Positions 24,191-35,025 of a stretch of 64,000 nucleotides of DNA are shown piece after piece. Source of the stretch: Glaucostegus cemiculus (lineage: Eukaryota); the NCBI GenBank assembly GCA_976551045.1, contig CDPCPM010000241.1, positions 5,270,001 to 5,334,000 of the forward strand, in the 5' to 3' direction. Each line of letters opens with the position of its first letter. The stretch's first letter is position 1. Position numbers and translations under genes: made by a program. The notes below the pieces were generated by a model. It made no database searches, had not been told where the DNA came from, and was given only the letters and a program-made list of their open reading frames with translations.

Positions 24191-27100
24191 GACTCGAGGA
24201 CGGATGTTGCCTTTCTCTGGCCCTTCCTGCCAAGCCGAGTGTGTGCAAATTTTAAGATAACAATTCGAGAACCGACATTTCAAAAGTCTTCGTCACCCCG
24301 CCCGCTGTGGCCGTCCAGCTCGAAGGCGTAAATGCTGGCTGCGTTTAACAGAACGCGCGGGATTTGATGAAAATGGGGGCCAGGGAGAGGTTTTGAACGA
24401 TTTGCCCCCACCGCCCCTTCCCACCACCCCCAATAAAAATGAGATTAAGGGCCGCATGCAGGCAAGACACAGGCATTTTATAAATGCCTACCTAAGGGAC
24501 AAAACCTATTGCCTAAAACAAAGTGCACTTACAAAACATACCTGCAGTCCCGGAGGAGCATTAATAGTGTGCATTATTTTGTATAAGTACATTAACAGGA
24601 AAAATCAATGTTATATAAAACTGACAGATGTCCAAAATGAGTACTAGGTATATAGAAAGAGCGTAATTATTCGCCCAGACAAGGGGGTCAGCAACAGGCC
24701 TTCCAATTAAGTGATTAATCAAGTGAGGGTATACTCTGGTCAAATTGTCAAGTGTGCACGGGCAGCTTAACTGAGAAGCAGGATGTAGGGACACACAAGT
24801 CACAGCATCATTCGCGGTTTTTTGAAAGTGCTAATCAGTTAGTTTTACCCGCCTGCACTTTCTTGAAAATTCAGTATTTTGTTTTCGCGTGGAAAAGACG
24901 CATAAATGGCCTATATTCATCTGTTCGGCGCAGTCATTCAAATCAAGGAAAGAATGCATGAGTTTACCGATTTTCAACACAATCGCGTAAAGTGGACATG
25001 GTGTCATATACTGCGCTCAGGCGCAAGTATACTCAACCCCACGCTTACACGGGTACATAACCATACACACAACTGCAGACATATTTAGTCATCGTCCAGA
25101 AAACCGGACAGCTGCGCTGCACCACTGAGTGAAATATAAATTTCCAGTTTGTAAAATAACAGGAAATAGGGGAAGAATGATTGGAAACTGGACTTGTCTA
25201 TTGAGTGCTTCCAATTGGTTTCCCCGAGCAAGCGCTAATGCGGAAACATTGGAATAACTTACTCTGCCCGTTTTGACCCGCAAGATGGAAAGTTCACGAA
25301 CTGTAGGTCATCAGACATCCACCTGCATGCTCGTGTTTACAAAGAAGCAAGTAAAAGCGGATTGAAGGGCAGTGTTTAGGCTCACAAATGGTTAAAGAGA
25401 TTTGCTAAGGGAAAACGAAGTATTGGAGTTAAGATAATGAACTTTTCTTTTGCAAGAGTATTTATCATATGAGGTTTATACAACGACACCTAAAGGAACA
25501 GTTGAATTAGCAAAACTTGGGAGCTAAGAAGAAAAAGAATTGGTCATCCGTACATTAAGCAGAGAGAGCGAAAGTACTCAAATTGGACATTGCAGAAAAA
25601 TCTATACGATTAATGGACGCACACTTTTTGACAATGACATGTAACTTTCCAAAAACGTGTGTCACTTCCTTAGTTCTGAGGACTTATTGTATCATGCACC
25701 TATCCGTCCACATTATTATTGAGTAATGCATGTTTCTATTTGCACATCCCAGCACCCATCGAAATGACATAGCTAATGTGTGCCTTAGACCTGACAAAGT
25801 AGGTAGTATTTCAAACCGCAGCTAGATAAAATGGACCTATTAGAGCCCTGAACCCAATACACTGGCAACATAAGTGCTGAAATGTGCTGTAATGTTTAAC
25901 ACTTCAATTTGTTGATGTATTATGCATTATCTAACATGACTCCTATAACAGCGACCTCGTCGTTTCTGTACAGGCAGCTCGAAGTTCCCGTTTGATACAT
26001 GATTTAAATACGTAACTGCAAACTAATGTGAATTTGTTCTTTCCGAAACATTATGTATTTTCGTAATTATGGTTAATTAACAGTTACCGTAAAAAGGCAG
26101 TATCGTCACATTCTCAACGAATGCCACCATATAGTTATGACTCGCTGAGAAACGGCTTATAACTTTTAACCTTATCTGAAGAAATTAGTTTGAATGTATA
26201 TTCGTAGAGACGGAGTTCTAATGCGAAAAAAGCAAGGCTTATAATTTATTTCAAACATTGCATCAGCTTTTTCATACGTGCAGAATAAAATTAGATCACT
26301 TCATATTTGAAATATTCAAATTTGCAACAGTAAACTTCTGTCCATTTGTTAAAACAAGCGCACGCCTTCACACACCTGCCCATCCAAAGCTAAAGACAAA
26401 TGTGGGCTTGGGACTTTGAAAATCAAGAATATTTTGTGTTCGAAAGTTTAGGCATATTTACTTCATAATTTAAATACTGCGTCGATAGCAGCTTGTACTG
26501 TTTCAAATTAATTTATATATTTTAGGTTAACATTCTTATAAAATTGAAATCTTAAATGGAGATATAGTTCATCTATTTTAATTATCTTTCATCAGAAGCT
26601 TACAGCTTAATGCTTGTATAACTCGTATTAGGTTAATATCTGGATTCGAAGCCACAACCATCTAATCAAAACAATCAATGAACTTCGTAATTAATAATAA
26701 ACCAACCTACGAATCAGTTTATGATCCTCCTGAGAGTACTAATGTAATGATGATGCTATATCGGATATGGCGATAACTATGGGTCTGACAATAACATTTA
26801 TAGCCACCACTTGGAAATGGTCCAGAACACACAAATTAATCTTCAACTACAAACAAACGAAATGAATTCAACGACAAATGGTCTGTCTTTGAGAAGGAAT
26901 AGCAGTTACAGACATACGAATCCCACCATTTAAACTACGATCTACAAAAAAAAAGTGTTTAATTCCATCTAATCCACAAAGGGAGGTTAAAAACGTTCTG
27001 AAATTGTCTTGAAACAGAGGGAATATTCTATCAAATGTCTTCGTTGAAATGAAGATAAATTAATTAAACTGTTATTGCAGCCTTCCCATGTCTGGGCTTC

Positions 27101-27644
27101 ACACTCAGCCTGGAAAGGCCGTGATCCCATCTGCGTATGACAACAAATCAAAGTTCAAACGGGAGGCTTATGTGGCAGTTGATCCTGTATCATACCCTTC
27201 AATTACTATTTAATAGAATTACAGTTTTAAATCCAAACAGTCTTAAAGAATGTGTTTTTTATCAGTAAAGAAAGAGCAGAACAGTGAAACAAGAATCGAA
27301 TGCGTCGTGCAGTGGAGTGAAAGAAAGCTACTGACAGGTCACACTGTTCCTGACGTACAGTGCTCAAATTCACCACCACACGTTTCACGATATTAATTAC
27401 TTAGATTCAACCGAAGCAAATTATATGAAAAAAAAACATTCCGCTTCTTAAGTAAAAGTAATTATTTTCGAGTAAAATGTCTCAGCGATTTGCAGTGAGC
27501 CGAAACAGTGCGTGTGAACATAGAAACAAATTCTTAGATTCTTGGAGTGCGCGTGCTTAAATGTTTTTAATTTTTACTCAAAGAACTTTCCCTCAACTCT
27601 CACCACCGCACATATTCCTCGCCCTCCCCTCCAAACAAAGCCAA

Positions 27645-27700
27645 AAAAAAAAGTGAAATATAAACCAGGCTCAAAAAAAAGTGAAATATAAACCAGGCTC
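27645..27700. repeat. Perfect 28-bp tandem duplication
   Basis: AAAAAAAAGTGAAATATAAACCAGGCTC twice (27645-27672, 27673-27700). Confidence 0.95.
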
Positions 27701-29537
27701 TGGAAATCCTGGGACAAGATCGCGTACATTAATTTAGTGACAATAATTATAAACCCTGATCTGGACGTTAGAAGAGAAAGTGACTGTAAATAGAAATAAA
27801 GAAGCGAAAAGTCATTCGGCAAATACAGAATAATATTATTCTTATTAAATTAATTAAAATCATTTCTTAAATGCTGATATAAAGTCGCAGAGGGTTGTGG
27901 AACCTTGAAGTTTTGTTTTAAGTTGAGGTACCAACGTCTCCGCGCATGTTTTACCGTAAAAAAATAAATGGCTAGACATCGGCAATGTAATGCAAACATA
28001 AAGTGTACAAATATGATCGATTAAAGTGACTTTCAATGTGTATTTAATGACAACAAAATTACATTAAATAGCTTATTCCAATAATTTATGATCATCTATT
28101 TCTTAATTAAAACAAATTAAAAGTTAATCATAGATTTCCTTAGACATTGCCCACACTTCAATTACTTAATGTGAATATCCGTATTTCACTAAAATGCCAG
28201 ATTTCTTGTGTCCGCCGGGAAGACACCATGTATATGTGCGGTTTTTATGGAGCTACGGGGCAAAAGAAAAAAGACTGTGGAATTCTTTGGACTTACAGCT
28301 ATCGGACTATATCTTACCTTTACGTTTCTCCCCGTTCTTCAGGACTGCAATGTCTCCGGCTGCCTGCATTTCCCGAAACCACTCCGAGTGCAGCATAGTG
28401 CTGGAGTAAGAACTGCATGACTACACACGAATAAAAAAAATCTGCTCTGCTAAACTGCCAAATCAGCGCAAGATCAGAATAGACCACGTCCACAGCTCAA
28501 CTATTTTTTTCTTGCAGCCACCGCAAGGCAACCAGTCTGGATCCAAGCTGAAAACACCTCAGTAAATAAATGAATAGCCGACATGATCACGCGATAGCAA
28601 AATAATTTGCATGTATGTATTTGTTTGGCAATAAGACTCTTCAGATGGGTGGGTGGGTGCATTATTGTCGGGTTCAGTGCTCTAAACAGAACTGGAGACA
28701 CTTCAAATAGACCCAGAGTTAGGCGCGCCTCGTGTAAATGGAAAATGCCCACGTTGCCGTGGATGTGGAGTGGCCTTTCAGGTGGCATGCTATGTTTAAG
28801 GTTTCAGGGTCCAAACTCTGCACTAAGGCGCGGAGAGGCAGCAGCTGTGGTTCCCTTGCTGCGCTACTTGAGTGATTTGGTGCATTTGGCATATTAGCGC
28901 CCGAGTGGAATATCAAAGTCAAATGCAGCCCATGCCATCTGCTTGACTTGTATCTCACGCCGAAGGCTTGAGCATAGATGAATAGAAGCTCATCGGCTTT
29001 AGATTAATTTCATCTTAATCAACAGCTCGACTCGTCATGGATAATGAACCAGTGGAGGTCTGAAGAAGACCCATCGATAATCATCGGTATTGGGCAAGCA
29101 GAAGGAAGCTGCCCTAGCTCGGCACATGCGATAGGCCATATCTTTCCGGGGCAGGAGGATTTAGCAAGTCAGAAAGCTTAAATTCGGATTTTCATTGATT
29201 TACGTCTCAATTGTCTCCCCAAGAACAAACGAATCCAAAATCAGTAACTTCCTCTACTCTTAAATAAACCGTCCTGAGATCTCCATTGAAAGGCATTCTT
29301 TAAAGGCATATATTGCCAGCGCTACCACTTTCAAACTACAGGCCATTATTTCAAGGAGATTTCACCAAGAAGTGGATGTTATCTCTCCTTGCCTGACACG
29401 ATTTGTTCTGGCAGCTGAGCTCCAGCGCACCCTTTGAAAGTAACCCGGCGAGAGCGCGCATGCTCGCGGCCCTCTCCGCGGAGCGGCGCGCTGCTTCCTT
29501 CCTGCAAACCCGGCTCCAGGAGGATTCCGGTTCCGTG

Positions 29538-29541
<4 letters not shown>

Positions 29542-29582
<41 letters not shown>

Positions 29583-29593
29583 GTCTCTCTCTC
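29542..29593. repeat. (CT)n microsatellite within a CpG-rich patch
   Basis: Directly visible. Confidence 0.97.
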
Positions 29594-32220
29594 CCCCGTG
29601 CCCCCAATCAACGCAGCCTCCCCGGCGCTGGTGCGGGATTCCGAGCAGGAGCTGCAGTCACTTTTGTGTGGCGGGCTTTTATTTGGGCTCCCTTTCTCCC
29701 GGGTGTGGGTTATTCAATGGGAAAAAAATAAACCCACCGCACGTTCCAATCTAAATCAATTAACAAAGAGTTTGCAACGATTTCTGAGTTGTATGTCACG
29801 AATAATATTTACACCTCTGTACATTATCATTTCAATCTAATAAACAATAATGTTTGACCAGCCCAGTTATTAATACAGTGTAATAGTGCAAGAATATCTA
29901 TACTGCAGTCATTTAAATTATAGTTTCGACGTGAAGCAATGTTTTTAACATTGACTTTAAAATTTCCAAACACTGCATTGCCTTGGTAAATTGTAGCTTG
30001 ATTTCTTCAAAATCGAAAAGAAATAATTCAGCCGAATAGGGAAGGTGGTATAAAAATCCTACTTTAAAGCCACATTTTTAAGCATTTTCATTATATCATC
30101 AAAACATTTTTTTTTTCACTTTTTAAGAGTTTTTCTACTCAGATGGGTTTCAATAGCAATAGAAATCCGCGGCAGAAAGATTACGTTCCCACATTAAAAA
30201 AAAGTTCAAAAACATTCAATTGTCACCAACCAGCACGCAGTGAAACACGTCGTTGCCAAGTAGCTAAAAAGATTGGCGTAAACACAAACTTTACAGGGGG
30301 AAAAACAAATAATCGCTCATCAGTGATAACAGTTCTTTGTTCGTGGTTATAGCTATAATGATAAAATGAATAATAATTACATTTATTGCAACACAAGGAA
30401 ACAGAATCACTTCATTCATTGCTAAAGTAACACAAAATCAACTTGTCCCTAATAAGCATTCATAACTTCGGAAAGTTTGGAAAGCTTATCCCTAATGACA
30501 TCCATATATTTATGTCTATGAGGTTTATTACAATTCTATCCTCCTGTTTACACAATATATATGTATGTGCATACCTTTGTGTAAGCAAGATTAATCAATG
30601 TTTATAAATCAAATTGTAAAACCGTCAGTCGTTTAGACGTGCTTGCTAGTTTCTTCAGTTAACCGTTGGGCCTCATTTAAATCTCGTTTTAGTTGCCAGA
30701 AAACTCGTCACGGAAATTCTCAATCAGTTATCCAAAGCACACAGGGATAGATTTCAAAAACTTCACAAGTGAAAACAAGTTCAGGGCTCAGTTCTATTTT
30801 TAATTCACGCTTGAATTAACAGCCCGGGGCAATGAACGACATTAGTGCAAAGGTGCTGGTGGTGGACTGTTAGTCATGCAAATAAAGACTTCTTTCAACA
30901 CTTCACAATGAACTTAAGATTCACGGGGAGGAGCTGTAATATGATTAGCTGATTAAATGGCGAGTCCCCATATTTACTGTTTTCATTTGCCGCCATAAAT
31001 AGGAGGAAGTTAGTGTCTCAAACCCCATTTCTTGTATAATTAGTCTATATCAATTGCTGCAAACATGTTCCTCGGATGTGGTTACTGTGCGAAACAGTCT
31101 ACCTAGAAAAAGAAACACATGTGTAGATTTTTCCCCCGGGATGTTTGAAATCATGTTCGTAAATGTGTGATGTTTAGCGTTCACAACTTTAAAAACTTTT
31201 TTTTCAAAACCCAGCATTAAAAGACAAAAGACATTCTTTTTCCACATTGGCAGATTCATCGACCTTTATACGTCGTTTTCTAAATTTCTATGGATAAGTA
31301 TCTCGAGGCATTCAAGTACTTTGAAGAGAAAGACACAACAAGGCAGCAGGTATAAGAAAACGGAATACTATATTTTGAGTTAGAAAGGTTTTTTTTTACA
31401 TATAGATAAACACGCAGTTGAAGAAACAGTGACTAATAAGCGCCCAACGTGAACTGGAGTGATATAATATTACTTCATTCTGACTGAAAATACCCAAAAT
31501 AGCACTTTGCATAAAGTTACATCGCACTAGATATATTCAGCTGGGCATCACCCCACCCTCCCATTTTGTTGAGAACCTAGCACTTTCGTCAGACGCTTAA
31601 CACAATATGCAAAAACACTGAGTCTGTAATCCAGATAGATAGAGAAAGAAGGAAAAACAAGAGCATTTCATATACAGGCATTTCTACACATATATTACAA
31701 ACTGGGAGAATGATCGCGTCATTAGATATACATAATTCATATAAAATTTTGAAATAAAAATAAAAATCTGTTACAGTCATAACTATTCTTTCACATAACC
31801 AGTACCCACATAGGCAGTAACAGAAGTGTAGAAAAAGGTGCTTACGAAAAATGATTGTCTGCGGAACAGAAAAACGATTGCAGCTTGGCTTCGGGGGTCT
31901 GACCAGCACTCGGACTATAGAGAGCAACAAAGGCGACGAAAATTCTCTCATTCCCTCTTCATTGCAGTTCCTTGTAAAAAATATTAATGTAGATTATTAT
32001 TTCCTCAGATATAAAATACATCATGCAAGACGGGTGCCTCCATGGAAAGCGCTGGATCAGACGTGCTCGTCCTAGAACTGTTTTGTCACTTTTTTTTCTT
32101 CTCGAATGTGTTTTTTCTGTCTTTTAAAAATTGTCATTATATGTCTTTTTTTAAATTTTTGTCTTACATCTCAGGTCCATATTCCTTTGTGAATGTATTA
32201 CGAATTTGTCTTTTTTTGTA

Positions 32221-32413
32221 TCATACATCACATTCACTGTCGCTGGAGGTTACCGAGAGGATGGATGTGGCCGTCTCGGCTCGCTCTGTCATGCTCGACA
32301 CACTGGTAGTAGGGCTGGCGGCTGTGGACGGAGATTCCGCCGCGCTGTGAGCAGTGCAGCCCGGCTCCGATAGCGTACAAACCCCACTCTGTCCTACTGC
32401 CTGATGCTGCAGC
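32221..32413 (-). CDS. SIX3: SIX homeobox 3, exon 2 (C-terminus and stop)
   Basis: Acceptor ttttgtttgtcccggacAG|G. Encodes (R)[63 protein letters not shown], a SIX3-specific tail. 193 nt plus 683 nt of exon 1 gives 876 nt (291 aa plus stop). Confidence 0.97.
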
Positions 32414-34139
32414 CTGTCCGGGACAAACAAAAAAAAAGTAGGAGAGTGGAAGAAAGGCAAATAAGAACATAATTAGGCAAATAACACATACTTTCACAGG
32501 ACAAGAAATCCAAGGGATTTAATTATTTACAAAATCACTTTGAATATGGTGCTGCTGTAAAACTAAAAGGTCTAGCGTTTTAAAATTACATTCACTGGAC
32601 GTTCTACGCAATATGGTTTTTTACGAAAATACATTGGACTGAAGTCTTATGTAAAAGTTGTTAAAAACTTACATATCTGATCATTAAATTATTATATTAC
32701 AATTTGCTTGCTAGTTTCAGCTAACATAATGCTCACAAACGAAATACACCTAGCTGAAAACAATTGCACTCCATTGTGCTTTAAAAGTTATCCTTAATCT
32801 CATTGCCATGCTGCCTGTGAAAGTGTTTCTCGAATTCTAAATTTTAAAGTTGTTTTATTTGTTTTCATTATGGAAAAGCACATGCTTAAATTATGTTTCA
32901 AGATATGCCTAAATCCTGTGTTTAAGATGCACCCTTTCAGTAATTAATATTTATAATGTCAACTGGAAGTGCTTAGAAGGACATTGAAGGTTAGCAAGGC
33001 AAATATAATGAGTTTATTTTGGATAAAAATATTGCTATAGTTATCAAAGCAAATAATGTCCTATGTTGATTTGAATGCCCGCCAAGTACGCATTCTTTAT
33101 TGTGCTGAAAAAGTTAATATATGTTTATAATATCGAGATGAGTTCCCAATAATTGCTCAGAAGCAGAAAGTAGTATTACCCAGTCACTGGCCTATATTTC
33201 CGTGAAATTATCCAAAACAAGGGAGTCGGTTGTGCAGCTTTGGGATGACAACATATTGGTGGGATTTCGCATTTCACGCTATAAAACGCGTTGTGTTTTT
33301 ATATTTCTGCAGCTGTTTACCCTTCATTTTATCTCACTTCAATTATGTTTATCTTAGGTCCGAAATCAGCAATCGGTTGGTTTGTGTATCCGCTCACTTA
33401 AGTTAGAAAGTACCGCATTCTCCCGGAAGCTACAATTCCACATTCTCTTGTAGTTCCATCCCTCCTTACTCTAAATGCAATTTCTGCACAAAACCGAATG
33501 GATGAGGGGTTATTGCTTGCCCACTGCTATCAGTCGCGACTTGTGCTGTGTCTCTGAATCAAAAGAATCTAATTTATTTTTATCGTCTTTACTCTAGATG
33601 CCTGTATTATATTTTACAACAGCGACATCAGTATGTTTTATTTTAAAAAATGTTAACTGTGAATTTCATAACAAATTGCGACTGTCCTGCCTAACAGCCC
33701 TTACTGAAATAATCATATATTTTAAACTAAAACCTCAAATACTTTTATTTTCATTTAAAAAACACATATTTGGCTTTTGTTGATTTAATTGTGTTGCCAA
33801 CCCCGAGGTATCAGTGTTGTGTGCCTGTTGTATAAATGCTAATTTATCATTGCTGCAAAAACATCCAGTAACTTCTTCCTAAATCAATTTGGAAGTTTCT
33901 TTATTGACTGAACTGCTTCAAAAGTTTAGCTTGTGATCCCATTTTGCTTCGGCTATTACCCGAGGTGAATATACATTATTCTGTTAATGAAGTAGCAAAG
34001 TGGCTGGTACTTTAAAAATACGGTGTGTCTTATGACGTTATTTACCGTGATTTACTGATGACTTGCTGGGTCCCCGAAACATTATTTAAATGTTAATTTG
34101 ACGCGCTGGAGAGGAGTAACCCAGAATGAAACAACGAAC
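32414..34139 (-). other. SIX3: SIX3 intron (phase 2, GT-AG, 1726 bp)
   Basis: Donor AACAG|GTTCGT at 34140/34139 and acceptor AG at 32415-32414. It splits the Arg codon of AAKNR-LQ, the known SIX3/SIX6 intron position. Confidence 0.95.
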
Positions 34140-34822
34140 CTGTTTTTGGCGGCTGCTGCCCTGTCTCTCTGCCTACGGTTTTTAAACCAGTTCCCCACTT
34201 GCGTCGGGGTGAGGCCGGTTGCCTGGGCCAGTTCCCTTTTTTTGGAAGGGTTTGGGTACGGGTCCTGCAAGTACCACTCTCGCAACAAGCTGCGTGTCCT
34301 CTCTTTGAAACAGTGCGTTTTTTGCTCGCCGTCCCAGATGGTGCGGGGAAGGGGGAACTTCTTGCGGACGCGGTACTTATCGACCGGCCCCAGAGGGCGA
34401 CCCCTCAACTTCTCGGCCTCCTGGTAGTGCGCTTCGAGCCACATCGCCTGCAGCTTGCCGTGGGACTCCTTGGTGAACTTGTGGTTCTCCAGGATGTGGT
34501 ACAAGTCTCGGAAGTTGCCCGTGTGGAAGGCGACTACCGCCCGGGCTCTGAGGATCGATTCGTGTTTGTTGATCGCCTCGCATGCCCCCGGTGCCACAGG
34601 TAAAGACCAGAGAAAACGTCCCAATCTTTCGATATCGCCCGTCTCCTCCAGCGTCTCGCAAACGCTGGCCACTTGCTCCGGAGTGAAATTGATGGTCGGT
34701 AGCTGGAACATTGACAACTCTTCCCGGGGCTGGGAGCTGGCTAGGAAGAGGAAAGCGCGCTCGGTTGAGTTGGGCAGGAGAGGAAGAGCACTGCAAAGCT
34801 CTAGCTGGGACCTGAACACCAT
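34140..34822 (-). CDS. SIX3: SIX homeobox 3, exon 1 (N-terminus, SIX domain, homeodomain)
   Basis: ATG at 34822 (MVFRS..., context ggtcagtccATGG), then [71 protein letters not shown] and the homeodomain with QKTH tetrapeptide and WFKNRRQR. The MVFRS extension and these residues distinguish SIX3 from SIX6. Confidence 0.98.
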
Positions 34823-34894
34823 GGACTGACCTGATGATTTGAAAAAACACAAAAACGTGTCAGATGCAACGAAATCGACTAATGTCACACTCCC

Positions 34895-35025
34895 TCATAT
34901 TATATCCCCAAAATACTGTGTGGAGCGCCGATTTTTTTTTTCGCTTTTTCTATTGGTCTTGGCGGTGTCGTTGTGCCGTTGCCATGGCGCTGCTGTCAAT
35001 CACTGTCAAGCGTGCCAATCAACCA
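34895..35025 (-). promoter_or_regulatory. SIX3 proximal promoter motif cluster
   Basis: TATAAT (34904-34899, minus), CCAAT boxes (34952-34956 minus, 35015-35019 plus), RFX X-box-like GTTGCCATGGCGCT (34978-34991), PBX-MEIS/PREP decamer TGATTGACAG (34993-35002, minus) and a second TGACAG (35003-35008). Confidence 0.7.

Noticed and set aside
28932-28945. Additional CTCF-like words (also ~50095, ~50210, ~58667)
   Set aside because: Each has two or three mismatches including core positions, which is expected by chance in 64 kb.
31501-31588. Two AGCACTTT miR-17/miR-302-type seed matches near the SIX3 3' UTR
   Set aside because: They are on the plus strand, while the SIX3 mRNA is the minus strand.
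32221-34822. Assignment as SIX6 or SIX7
   Set aside because: The MVFRS N-terminal extension, [18 protein letters not shown] residues and [14 protein letters not shown] tail are SIX3-type.
34098-34850. Overlapping antisense and alternative-frame ORFs on SIX3 exon 1
   Set aside because: Expected shadows of a GC-rich coding exon, with no recognisable protein features.
34082-34888. ORF track's 268-aa single-exon protein
   Set aside because: It starts at a GTG upstream of the conserved MVFRS ATG (34822) and runs past the splice donor at 34140 into the intron.
34860-34898. 12-codon uORF ([12 protein letters not shown]) upstream of SIX3
   Set aside because: Its ATG abuts the TATA-like box and probably lies upstream of the transcription start, which is unknown.
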